A program made the position numbers and the translations under genes. The notes under the pieces were generated by a model, which was given only the letters and a program-made list of their open reading frames with translations, searched no databases and was not told where the DNA came from. Below, in pieces: positions 9,967 through 21,197 of a DNA stretch of 64,000 nucleotides (position 1 is its first letter; each line of letters starts with the position of its first letter). The stretch is taken from IMG/VR virus record IMGVR_UViG_3300005337_000002; one strand, written 5' to 3'. The DNA comes from a virus.

Positions 9967-10364
9967 CGCACCCCTGCGGACTGCGCAATGCCCAGTATTA
10001 ACCGCGTGTCCCGTGGGAGCGCGAGCAGCGGCACCACCTGCCAGGCGTGTCCTGGGAGCAGCGGGAGCACCTGTGGCGGCTGCAGGCCAATCCGTACCGC
10101 ACTCGGGCCAATCGTGCCATCCGTCGAGAGCCGCACCGCGGTCAGGTGACAGGGACGGGCGAGCGCCATCGCGACGTGCGCGAGGTCCTCGGACGTCAAG
10201 GGATCGGGCGCCGTCGTATCCCCAAACACGAAGGTCATCATCTCGGGCTCCTCGGGCTCAGCGGCTGGAAACAGGCGCGGCCACAGGAGCATCACCTGCA
10301 TGCCCAGACTCACGAGGAGCAACCCGCACGTCAGCATCGTGAGCCAGGGGAGCCGATGGATCAT
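9915..10364 (-). CDS. Single-TM protein with a beta-sandwich domain resembling that of 8716-9207
   Basis: GGAGGAG RBS; TM; MTFVFGDTTAPDPLTSED...CHLTAV. Confidence 0.55.
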   Translation of the reverse strand: MIHRLPWLTMLTCGLLLVSLGMQVMLLWPRLFPAAEPEEPEMMTFVFGDTTAPDPLTSEDLAHVAMALARPCHLTAVRLSTDGTIGPSAVRIGLQPPQVLPLLPGHAWQVVPLLALPRDTRLILGIAQSAGVRQVRLSLACGISPGTRL

Positions 10365-10377
10365 GCGCGTCTCCTCC

Positions 10378-10851
10378 CTAGCCATGTCTCGCCATCTGGT
10401 GGCGCTGCCATTCTCTGAGCAACTCTGCCCCATAACGACTGTCGATGACAAACGCGTAGAACGCCTGCAACTCAGCGAGGTCCTCGTTATTCACGAGCGC
10501 GGCCTTGCGTTTGACGACCCGCCCCTCCTCGACGGTGAGAGTACCAGTATCACCGATCGATTCGCCTTGATACTGCACACAGCCTGTGAGTGAGACGTCG
10601 ACAGGGGCCAAGACATGATCGAGCAGATATTGGAGCCACTCGACATAGTGATAAAACTTCTCGCCGCCGTCCCATTCGAGGCCCCGCCGCCCCTGTGTGA
10701 GTTGCCACTGGTTGTACCCGGCGGGTACCGGCATGGGCAGGCCAGGCGGCATCACCTGCGCATCATAGAGATCTATGAGCAACAGCAATGTTTCCGCAGG
10801 AGGCGGCGTGGTAAATGTAAAACTGCCCTCAAAGTCGGTTGTATAGCCCAT
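10378..10851 (-). CDS. Conserved phage hypothetical protein (GYTTDF / WDGGEKFY type)
   Basis: Recurrent phage motif set; good RBS. Confidence 0.65.
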   Translation of the reverse strand: MGYTTDFEGSFTFTTPPPAETLLLLIDLYDAQVMPPGLPMPVPAGYNQWQLTQGRRGLEWDGGEKFYHYVEWLQYLLDHVLAPVDVSLTGCVQYQGESIGDTGTLTVEEGRVVKRKAALVNNEDLAELQAFYAFVIDSRYGAELLREWQRHQMARHG

Positions 10852-11807
10852 CGTTATCCCTCCTCCTCCTGCCCCTGCTGCAGCCGCTGCCAGATATCGT
10901 CATCATGCCAGAGCCAGTAGCGGTCCTTCCATTCGCGCAGGAGCGCGCCGACGATATACCACTGCGGATCCTCCGCGCGGCGACAGATAGCACAAATGTC
11001 CTCCGCGGTTTGGGTCCAGTCAAAGGCAAGCGCCAGCAACCGCTGCTGCAGCCGCTGGGCATCCGCGTAGCGATACCCCGCCCCGGAGACGGCCCACCCC
11101 GAGTGATGCGTCACCCCATAGGTCAGCCCCATCCAGCCTGGATGTTTTTGGACACACAACCCCCGGTCCATATTCGCCACCCAACAGATCCCCGCCGCCA
11201 GCGTCTCGACCGTGTCGGTTTCTACATCATACGTGCCGCGGGCCATCGTCATGCGAATCATCCGCACCTCCCGTGCTGCCCTGCTCGCTTCGCCAACTCC
11301 ATCTGAATCAACCCCGCTTCCTCGTCCAGCACCGCCTGTCGATATGCCAGGCCCGTGAGCGCCTGGTCGATACGGCGCAGGCGCTCCGCTAAGTCGGCGT
11401 CCGTGCTCTCGCGCATCTGCCGCAGCCATGCGTAGGCCGTCATCCCGCCCCCCTTCTCTCGTTATTCCCCATGCACAATCGCATCAAGTTTGGCAGAGAG
11501 TTGATCGACCACGCTCTCTTCGTTGCCCGCAGAGAATTGGGTCAGAAACTCTGCCAGGTCAACCGTTTCTGCCTCATCCAACTCGATCCGTACCCCGCCT
11601 TCCCAGCCTGCCACGATCATGCCTTGCCCTCCTTGTGTGCCTGCAACGCCGCACGCACCGTGTCGCACAGTACTTTTGTCGTCACGTCGGTCGTACCCGT
11701 CAGCGCCAGCCAGCGGTTCATCTTGTGCGTCGTCCACGGTGTGTCGCTATGGAAGAGCAGGACGGCCTCGACGGCGGCGGTAACGAGATCTGTAGGGGTC
11801 TTCTGTT

Positions 11808-12335
11808 TCATAGCGAGTCTTCCTCCTGCTGCTGTGCTTCTACCTGCTCGCGCGCTACCATCCTATTCCCTAGGTGCCACCAGGAACAAAATCGACAGTG
11901 ATAGGCTTGTAGCGCTGTCCCATCCCAGGCATCCGGGGCACGTAGGATCGCCACACGAGCCGTGAGGGCGGCATTGCGGTGCTTGTAGCGCACCTTGCCA
12001 TGACAGACGTTGGCGATGTTACGCTGGCGTCCTGCGGCATAGAGCGACGGCAACTCCTTGCTGAGTCGTGCCCGCTCCCTGGGGGTCGCCAGCTGGCGCA
12101 CCAGAAAGAAAAAGACGCCGCCGGGCGTCCGACGCCGGGCCCCACTCGCGATGCGCATGCCGCCGTTCTGTTCGATCCGCAACGTCTCTTGCAAGATCGT
12201 CCAGCACCGCTGATGACCCAACGCACGCCAGACGTCCGTCAGGGCCGCCTGATTGGACTCCTGTAAGATCCTGGCGAGGATCGGCACGCTGAGGTGGGGG
12301 AGAGAGGACGGCTCTTGCACAACGGGTAACATCAC
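11808..12335 (-). CDS. PHAX RNA-binding-domain protein with C-terminal Cys/His motif
   Basis: ETLRIEQNGGMRIASGARRRTPGGVFFFLVR is the PHAX signature; YHCRFCSWWHL tail. Confidence 0.75.
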   Translation of the reverse strand: MMLPVVQEPSSLPHLSVPILARILQESNQAALTDVWRALGHQRCWTILQETLRIEQNGGMRIASGARRRTPGGVFFFLVRQLATPRERARLSKELPSLYAAGRQRNIANVCHGKVRYKHRNAALTARVAILRAPDAWDGTALQAYHCRFCSWWHLGNRMVAREQVEAQQQEEDSL

Positions 12336-13276
12336 ACCTCCTCATCATCTTCGGGCACTTCCAGATAGCCCACACAGCCCTCGCGGGCATGGGGATGCGC
12401 GAGCAGCGGCGTATGCTGGGCCGTCGCACAGCAACACCGGAGCGCACGGAGCGTCCGCTGCAGCTCTGCGGTAAACGTCTCCAGGCGGACCCACCCGTGG
12501 GTCGTCAGCGCTTGACAGAGGGGACACAGGGGATGCGTGGTCATGCGCGCTCCTTGTCGGCAGGACGGGGGTGTGTCGCCAGGCCATCCTGCCAGAGCCC
12601 CCCCAGCGCGTCCCACAGCGCCAGGAGGCGTGCACCGTCCGCGTGGACGAGGCGCAGCTGACAGGTGATGCACCGCAGCGTCCAGTGCTCGCGGGCGCCG
12701 CCGACCCGGGGAATGGCCTCTGCCGTGCGCTCAATGCTGCGCGTCTGGCACAGCGGGCAGTGGAGCTCACGCATGTACTCACTGACGCGAGGGGCATACA
12801 TCATGACTGGTCCTCCCGCTCATGACTCGCGAGATGATCCTGGATCGCGTGGACCTCTGCAGCATTCTGCATCACGCGTTGGAGCACTTCGTCGGGCGTC
12901 TGGGCGTCCCGTATGCCCGCGAGGAGGGTCGGGAACAGCGCCACGTCCTCGGGATCATCGAGGCGGATGGTCGCTAACGGCTGCGGGCCCTGCGGAAACT
13001 GACGGTCGTATTCGCGCTGCGCCAGTGTGTCACAATTCAGGCACCCACGGCCCTTACAGAAGCGACAGGACGCCCGAATCGTTGCGCCCGTCACTGGCGG
13101 GGGCGGGGGTAACGGGCCATGCGTCTTTTCAATCGCGGCAATCATGCGTTCCGCGAATGTCGGCGGAATCACATCAGGGACGGCCGCAGCCTGCTGGGCT
13201 TTGACGTCGGCTTGGATAGAGGCAAAGGGATCGTCGTTCGGCTGCAGGGACGCGTCACGCTTGGGGGTCGTCATGG

Positions 13277-13777
13277 TTATCCTTTCTCTGGAAGGGGTGT
13301 CCGTTGATTCCACGCCGCAATCGCCTCATCCCACGTGAGGCCGTTCCAGGTTTGCACGCGGCAGCCATAGCAGGTCACGCGCCAGCCGCCGCCACTATCC
13401 AATGCGATGGCCTCTAACACCGGGGTGGCGATCACTACCGGTCCCCAGGGGCGTGGGCGCGGGGCACCTTGGCAGAAGGGGCAGGGGAGGAGCGCCTCGC
13501 GCGGCGGCGCCTGATCGCTATGCAACGGTTCCAGGCGAGCGCTGAACTGGGCCAGATCCGGGCGGTCCTGCCACGCGGCAATCGCCTCCTCCCGCGTGAG
13601 TCCCTGCCGCGTCTGAATCCGGCAGTCCGTGCAGGTGACATGCCATCCCCCGCCGTGCTGTGACGGGCAGGGCAGGAGGACGGGCGGGCGTCCGCGCGGC
13701 GGCGGCGCCCCCTGGCAGAAGGGGCAGGGGAGCAGGGCGGGCTCCGCTAGTTGTTGAGCGCGTTCAGGGCATCCCAT
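13277..13777 (-). CDS. Lar-like restriction alleviation protein, two tandem domains
   Basis: LLPCPFC.G...W.VTC..C.....T..EAIAAW..R twice; DNA direct repeat at 13471 and 13714. Confidence 0.8.
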   Translation of the reverse strand: MGCPERAQQLAEPALLPCPFCQGAPPPRGRPPVLLPCPSQHGGGWHVTCTDCRIQTRQGLTREEAIAAWQDRPDLAQFSARLEPLHSDQAPPREALLPCPFCQGAPRPRPWGPVVIATPVLEAIALDSGGGWRVTCYGCRVQTWNGLTWDEAIAAWNQRTPLPEKG

Positions 13778-14751
13778 TCCGGATCCTCCTTCTCAATATA
13801 GCGACATTCATACGCGAGTTGCGCCAGCATCCCCCCTGTCGCAAAGACGTTCACATTCCCATCCTTTCGGCCGTGCTCGCGGTATCCCCAGAACTGATCC
13901 ACGAGGGCAATCGGATCGCATGGCCCTGTCGCGAAGAGGATCGCTAGGGCGTCCCGCAAGATGGTCTCGATGCGGAGGAGCTGCGCCTCTTTCAGCAGGG
14001 GATGTGCTAGCGGTCCGTCCTCCGCCGCGTCTCGGTTCGCATAGCTCGTGTAATAGGCCTGGAGCATGTCATGTACCGCATCGGCAAGCTCGGGATCCGG
14101 CTCGGGATCGCGCGGCCGGGGAAAATGTCCAAGCCATTGCGTGCCGTCATGCCGACTCACGGCATCACCGTAGGTTTCTAAGGGCGTCGTATGTGCGTGT
14201 TTTCGTTTGTTTTGTCCTACGAAAACACCCTTATATCCCTCTTGTGTGTTCTTTTCTGAAACGTTCTTCTCTTGAGAGTTCTTTTTCTTAAGAACGTTCA
14301 CCTCCTGAACACCCCTGTTCATATCCTTGATACCCCTATTCACCTCATGAACAGGGTGATGCTGTCGTGCCGCTTTACTATTGGGGTAGGTTTCGAGATA
14401 TTCCTCGAAGTTTTCCCGCCAGATATCGCAGATATGAATAATATCGGTTTGCCACTGCTCCCGATCCCGCTGCTCAATGGTGATGAGCCCGGCGCGCTCC
14501 AACTCTTGTTTCGCCTTGACCACCGCGCCTCGACTCAGTTGTGCACCCGCTGCGAGCGTCGTGGTACTCTCGTTGCAGGGTTCAGCCTGGACACCCGTAA
14601 TACATTTCAGATACACATAGAGACATCGTGCAGGCATGCTGAGCCCTTTGCCCATTTTGCCACGAATAAAGGTATTGGGGATCATTGTCCACCAAGCCTT
14701 TCCTGATCCGTCATCCACAATACGTGATCGCTGTTCATGGGATCCTTTCAT
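13747..14751 (-). CDS. Replication initiator (O-like, N-terminal wHTH), copy 1
   Basis: IPNTFIRG..GKGLSMPARCLYVYLK; internal iterons and A-rich tract. Confidence 0.75.
   Translation of the reverse strand: MKGSHEQRSRIVDDGSGKAWWTMIPNTFIRGKMGKGLSMPARCLYVYLKCITGVQAEPCNESTTTLAAGAQLSRGAVVKAKQELERAGLITIEQRDREQWQTDIIHICDIWRENFEEYLETYPNSKAARQHHPVHEVNRGIKDMNRGVQEVNVLKKKNSQEKNVSEKNTQEGYKGVFVGQNKRKHAHTTPLETYGDAVSRHDGTQWLGHFPRPRDPEPDPELADAVHDMLQAYYTSYANRDAAEDGPLAHPLLKEAQLLRIETILRDALAILFATGPCDPIALVDQFWGYREHGRKDGNVNVFATGGMLAQLAYECRYIEKEDPEWDALNALNN
14240..14357. repeat. Iterons plus A-rich tract (putative ori 1)
   Basis: gttcacctcctgaac, gttcatatccttgatac, attcacctcatgaac, followed on the - strand by aagaaaaagaactctcaagagaagaac. 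Confidence 0.6.
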
Positions 14752-14872
14752 GTCCTGCCGTTCCCCCAGATGCTTGCATCCTCGCGTCACTTTCTGCCAT
14801 ACTCATCTCCCGTAGTAGGCGGTTCGCTCAGCCGTCGCGTATCGAGTGGTAGGCTTGGCGCGACGGTGCCTC

Positions 14873-15160
14873 TTATGCGCTTTGCTCTGTATACTCCTCC
14901 TCATCAGACGGCTTGGGAAAACGCCGCTTTTTAATCTTTTTGGGTGATGCAGGCTCTCCAATGAGCGCATCCAGCGTTACCCCCAGCGTTTTTGCCAGGC
15001 GCCCCGCAATATCCACGGCGATCCGCGCCCCGTCCAGTCGCCCACATTCCAACGCACTAATCGTCGGCGGCGCCACACGTGCGCGCTTGGCGAGTTCACG
15101 CTGGAGCCACCCTCGCTGTTTCCGTAAGGCCCGCACCCGAGCCCCTACTGTATCCGGCAT
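14873..15160 (-). CDS. XRE-family HTH regulator (Cro/CI-like)
   Basis: VRALRKQRGWLQRELAKRARVAPPTISALECG. Confidence 0.9.
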   Translation of the reverse strand: MPDTVGARVRALRKQRGWLQRELAKRARVAPPTISALECGRLDGARIAVDIAGRLAKTLGVTLDALIGEPASPKKIKKRRFPKPSDEEEYTEQSA

Positions 15161-15181
15161 AGCGATCCTCCTTTCACTGTC

Positions 15182-15251
15182 AGTATAAAGCATAGGGAAA
15201 TTTTCTGCAATAAAAAATATCCTTGAATTTTACTACAATATTCTTTATACT
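15182..15251. promoter_or_regulatory. Back-to-back sigma70 promoters (genetic switch)
   Basis: Leftward TTGCAG-17-TATACT (15210-15182); rightward TTGAAT-17-TATACT (15223-15251); AT-rich island at the strand switch. Confidence 0.8.
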
Positions 15252-18200
15252 CTTCCTTAGTACGCCCCTGCTCCTTGATAGCCTCATACGCGACGATGTG
15301 ACCGATGAACCGGAAGGGTAAGCTTCGGAGCACACACGGCTACCTATCTCGTCGCAGGAGCCTGCTTGCAGGGCAAGAGGCGTTTGGACTGCTCAGGATA
15401 TGGGGGTAAGTCGGTGCGGCATTGTGCAGAACTCTGGCGTCGACGCGTGTATAGCGAATGAGAGACCTCTCGTCGGGGGACTACCCCTGTGAAGAGGGCT
15501 GTAACGCCCAGAAACGAGAGCGCCCGAAGGAGCGATATCATGGCAGTCCAAGAATTAGTAACCCGCCTGGGTACGGCAGAATTTTGGCAGGACGGCGAGG
15601 GAAAAATCGTGCTCATCTATCGTGACGGTGACCAGGACAGTCCCGTGCGGGATCTCCTGTCGATCGCGCCAAGCTTTCGCACGAAACGCGAGAGTGCAGT
15701 GGAGCACCTATTCAGGGAACTCGTGCGGTTGAATCCACGGCTGAAGGGTGAGAAGGTCACGAGAGAAGGCAACTGAAGGAGACACCGATGAGCTATCATC
15801 GTGGCCATGTGCGCGGCCCCAAGCGCGAGCGGACACACAGTCAGGACTGGTACGCCCCCATTCAGGAGGCGATCATTGCGCGGCTGGAGCAGGAAGAAGC
15901 GGCGACGCTCGCAGCCCTCCTCGCTGACACCACCTATCCTGAGCCGCTCTACGAGGCGGAACGTGCGTGGCAAGAACAACGCGCTATAGAGGAGCATAAC
16001 CGCTGAACCCCCGCCAGCGGCAAGAGCGGATGTGACAGCATGAAGGTATGAAGGGAATGCACCTATGAAAACTGCGCAAGAATGGCAGGCGTATCTCGTG
16101 AGCAAAGGGGTGGCTGATACCAGCGATTTCTTTGCAATACTCAAAGACCTGGAAGCGCGGGAGCGGGAGACAGAGCAGGTACGCAGGGATCTGTCCGCAA
16201 AGCTGACGATTACTGAAGATGAGATCACAACCTGGAATGCCACGCAAGCGCGGCCCGTAGGCTTTCGGCGGCTGCCTTGCTAAGCAAGGCGTGACATCGC
16301 CATCTTTACACCTAGCGTAAAGATGGAAAAACAGCCCCCCCAGAAAGGACAGACGCATGACGGATGACACTGCCTCCATCTTCAGCGCCCAACTCTGTGG
16401 CGCCATCGACAATCTCACTGAGGCCGTGCGAGAGGTTGCCGCCCAACTGTACCCGCTGGCGGCCCTGGTCGCGACGACGAAAGCACTCGATGAGCATCTC
16501 ACTGCGCTGATCGAAACGACACGGTCCCTGCGGACACTCGTGACGCTGGCAGATGACGTGCACACCATTGCGCAGAGGCGCTAACACATATACCGGGGGG
16601 GGGCATATGCCCCCTCTTCGTAGGAGGCGATTGTGGAGAGTGACGAGCGCACTTACTTGCTGCGGGTTGCGCTCGCAGCACAAACGTTGCTTGGGCGTTT
16701 GGACACGCTTACCACGCAGGAGTGCAGTGCAGGCGGCGACAAGCCTGAGCGTGAGGCCTTACGCACGGCATTCCGTGGGACACCCGCGCGGCACCATGAG
16801 GAGGAGACCTATGCCGACCCACATCTGTGACAGCGGCACCCGCTTCCATTACAACAGCGATCTCTCGGGCGATGTCCTGGTCCAGGTGGGGCGCGCTGGG
16901 GTCACGACGCACCATCCGGTCGCGATTCCTGGCCACGATCTGCTGGCCTTTGTGGCAGAATACGTCCGCCGGCGCAAGATCAACCAATGGGAAGATGCCT
17001 CCACCGCGGAGCTTCTCGGGCTGCCTTCACTTTAGAGAAAGGGCCTATTCTATGTATTGCGCGCTGCGCTGGACCCGCCACAACAACCAACGTCCCAAGC
17101 TCGACTATCTCAGTGATATTGCCACGCTGCTGCGGCTGGCGTACGAAGCAGGGCTGGCCCAAGAAGAGATCGTGATCCATGAATACGTCAACAGTGAGAT
17201 GTATGGCGCATCCTGCACGCCTCTTTTTGACTCAGAGCCCCAGGCCCGCACAGCATAAAAAGCCCACGCGACGCAGAGAAAGGAAGACCTGATGCGCACC
17301 GCCCATGACTTCCAGATGTATCCCTGCGATAGTTGTGGCGAAGAGCTATGTCCTGTCTGTGGGATCTATCGCCTTGCAGGACAGCCAGAAGACTGTTGGC
17401 AATTCCACATGAGCATCTGTGCCAGTATCGCTGATCGGGAAGACACACAACGCATGATCGACCCTGACGCCGATTGGCTGTAACCCGCACGCCCTGGGAT
17501 GGCCCCAGGGCATACCCTCACATGCAGGAGCAGCGTATGTATCGCATTCTCGTTGTGACCTTTAATGGCGCGATCCATTGGCACGCAAGTTATATGAGTG
17601 ACAGCATCCCTGATACGCAAGCGATGGCATGCCTGCCTCATGTGTGGCAGGTCGATATTTGGGATACCTCGCAGCAACAATACGTGTTCTAACCCTGGCG
17701 CCCTGGTCCGCCAGGGCATGGAGCAGAACGATGCAGCAGGATCTTTTCCTCAATCTGTTAACCCTTGCGGCGGACAGTCCCGCCCAACTCCGCCGCTCGG
17801 ATGTCTACCGCGTGGTGCGTGACGCCGAAGATATGGGGTGTGCGTCAGCTTTCTGTGACTGGCTGGCGGCGCTGCGCCCTGACCTCCAGACAGAAATTAC
17901 TGAGTGCTTCGAGGAGCTGAGCACCACGCACTAACCCCACCGGGGCCACCCGGCCCCCAGCAGGAGACAACGGATGAGCAACATGGAAATGGCCTGTCGG
18001 CTGCGCATCGCTGACGCCTATACCTGCGCCTGCGTCACCGTTGCTGGCCCCATACAAGCCAACCTCAAGTGGGCAATATTTTGGCGCTATGCCCGCGCCA
18101 TTGGCGTCAGAGACATTCCACTTCATGGTCGAGTCCACCTAGACTTCACCTAAACATACGAGAGACTACCCAACTCCAAGGAGGAGCGCCAATGGAGAGT

Positions 18201-19023
18201 TACATAGACATCACGACGAAGGACGGCTATGCAGCGAGAATAACTGGCGATGATGCTGCCGTGCAGAAAGTTGAGGAGCTACTGACGGCGCAAGGATGGC
18301 AATGGAATGAGCAAGTATTGACCTTAGACGAAGGATTTTATCCCACAGACTAACAGCATCAGCGCTGGCCGCTTCCGCCAAGAGTAGGCCAGCGCTGGCT
18401 GATTCCCCCTACGCTTCAAGGATAGGAGTTGAGAATCATGGCTATTATCGCACCATCCACCCCCACCCGCAAGGCCCCCCCAGTCTACCGGGCGCATGTG
18501 TACGACGAACCAGGGGCCCTGGCGAAGATCGAGGGCATCATCTACTTTTTCAGCGACAGCGGCACCATCACCGAAGTGGAGCCGACCGATTGCCCCTGGA
18601 TCACCATTCTTGGCCAGGCGGCCCTAGCGGAAACGCAGGCCATCCTGGATCGGCTGCACGGCGGCGCGGCGGCGGTGTGTACCTCACGCGCCATGGAGGT
18701 GCGGTAATGTCGCTACGTAGCTGGCTGTGTGGCTTTGTGCTGGGGTGCCTGCTCTGGGGCCTCTGGCTCGTGGTGTAACGAGACGCGGGGGAGGATAAGC
18801 ACTTCCCCGCCACACGCATAGAAAGGAACACGCACCGTGACTGTCCCACCGTCGCCCGCCTGCACTGACAGGCGCCGTCCTGGGGACCCGCGCTCTGTAC
18901 TCCAGCATGATATCGCGGTGTTTGGCTGGAGCGTTGTGTGGGCATTTGCGTCCTATGTGACGGATCGCCTGCTTGAAGAGGCGGGGAAGCGAGGGGTTGA
19001 GCACTCCCCTAGAAAGGACACTC

Positions 19024-19506
19024 GTGATCCATCATAAATTCGATACCGAGACCCATGTGTATTTCTATGAGAACGAATTTTACCCGCTCTCGAATTTCTC
19101 GGCCTTTCGCCTCAAGTGGAAAGGGCTGGACTTCGACACGAGCGAGCATGCCTATCACTGGGAGAAGTTTGTGAGTCCGTCGCGCCACGAGGCATTGCTC
19201 GCCATTCAACAGCAAATCATGCAGGCGCGCTCCGCGCACGAGGCATTTAAGATTGCGGAGCGCTATGGACAATTGCGGCGCGCAGACTGGCTCACTATAC
19301 GTCTCGATACTATGCGCAGCATCCTCCAAGCAAAAGTCGAGCAACATGAGTATGTGCGCCGCAAGCTACTGGAGACGGGCGACCGGCTGCTGATCGAAGA
19401 TTCATGGCGGGATGCCTATTGGGGATGGGGTCAACATGAAGATGGTGCCAATATGTTAGGGAAACTCTGGATGGAGATTCGCACTGAGCTGCGAAAGGAG
19501 GAGTAA
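19024..19506 (+). CDS. NADAR (YbiA-like) family protein
   Basis: LSNFS...TSEHAYH..KF...LLETGDR.LIEDS..DAYWG.G..G.NMLGKLWMEIR. Confidence 0.92.
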   Translation: MIHHKFDTETHVYFYENEFYPLSNFSAFRLKWKGLDFDTSEHAYHWEKFVSPSRHEALLAIQQQIMQARSAHEAFKIAERYGQLRRADWLTIRLDTMRSILQAKVEQHEYVRRKLLETGDRLLIEDSWRDAYWGWGQHEDGANMLGKLWMEIRTELRKEE

Positions 19507-20798
19507 CCCCCCATGACCCTCCACACCTGGTATGACGCCACAGGGCGCCTCGTGCGCGAGTGGCACTGCTGCGGCTTGCTGTGGCAACTGCTCCTCACGC
19601 GCCACTTCCCGGCCCGGCAAACGTGGCGCCCCCGGTGTCCGCGGTGCCACCACCCAGAAAGGACCTCGTAACATGCAGGAGCCGTGTACCTGTCCCGGCG
19701 ATTATCACACCTATCTTCTCCGTGCGGATGGCACGGTCGTCATCGAGCGGCATCATGCCTGGTGCCCGGCCTCGACGCAGTATATCCCCCGGTTGCACTG
19801 GCACGACCGCGCCTGTTATGCCCAGGGAAAGCTGATATGTGGTAAGCGCGCGGGCGTCGATGTCCGCTAACCACTCAAAACCCACTGGCCCTGTGCTAGG
19901 GGGAGAAAGGCAATGTCATGGACCTCAGTGATGCCGCGGCGCAACGACGACTCGCGACCATCCTCCAGGCCCATGCCGCAACGTTCTGTCCTACCTGTGG
20001 CCGGCACCTGGATTGTGGTGATCTCGCGTGGACAAGAGGGCAGACGGAGGCGGGCACCGCATTTTCGACCGTCGAGATTGTGTGCCAGGCATGTGACACG
20101 AGCATCGCGCATGTGTCTTCCTGGTATCCTGCTGAAACACTAGAAGAGGTGCTCGATCTGCTGGAGGACGAGTGGCAGTGAAGTGATCACCCTTGAGAAC
20201 GTGAGAAAGGAGCAGACACATGTCCCATACAACCCCGTGCATGCGCCGCCCGCACGTCAAGCGGCTGGCGGCATGGATACTGTTCGTCACCCTTGTCGTG
20301 TGCGTGGCAGGGCTCCTCCATACCGTCGCTGTGTCCCATCGTCTCCAACTGCGCCTCAGCTATCTTGATGGCTATAGCCAGGGTCTTGGCTGGTCGCAGT
20401 GCATCATGGACGGAGCGTCGCGCACGCATTGTGATACAACCTTTTCGGAAAAGAAGGAGTGATCCATGACCTGTTTACTACCCTCGATTGCCCAGGATTA
20501 TTGCGGCGAGAAGGGACTGCTCTAGGTCCCAATGTTCTCCACACATATAACAGGAGCATGCCATGACGATTTGTATGCAGTGTCGATTTTTTCTCAGCAA
20601 GGGGGCAATCTGGTACGATCAATTTTGCCAAGCGAGCCCTCGCGAACGTGCCATCGATCCCGTCACGGGGATGTCGGGGTATAAGGCCGCCAATGATCTC
20701 GGACGGGTCTATGTGACCGACCAACCCTACGCCTATGCGCGAGATATCAATGTCGATGGGCAGTGTCCGCTCTTTCAAGCGCACAAGAAGGATCTGCT

Positions 20799-21197
20799 AT
20801 GAGTGACAAGCATAATCTCTCCGACTATACCCCTGAAGAGATTCAGCAGTGGCAGGCGTCCGCCTATCCGTCCGCGTCGGGACGCACCTGGCGCCGGCGG
20901 CTCCATACGGTCATTGCAACCGCAGTGCCTCCACGCTGTATCCCTCTCCTCGAATGGCTCGAAGAGGTCCTCGCGTGCGTGCCGCCGGCATGGACCTTTC
21001 TGCCTTTTCTGGCCGTCGGCGTCGTCCTGCTGGTCACGCAGAGTATGACCCCGCCCGCCCCGCCGTTCGACACCGCCAGCTTCGGCCTCGTGCCCATGAC
21101 GCCCCAGCCGGAGCCTCTCCTGCGGTTCTATGGCAAGGTCCTCGTTGACCTTGCCTGCATCGGTATTCCGCTGGGCCTTGTGTTCCATAGACGCTAG
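20799..21197 (+). CDS. Membrane protein sharing its N-terminal module with 7560-8408
   Basis: DYTPEEI..W..SAY.SASGRTWRR present in both. Confidence 0.65.
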   Translation: MSDKHNLSDYTPEEIQQWQASAYPSASGRTWRRRLHTVIATAVPPRCIPLLEWLEEVLACVPPAWTFLPFLAVGVVLLVTQSMTPPAPPFDTASFGLVPMTPQPEPLLRFYGKVLVDLACIGIPLGLVFHRR

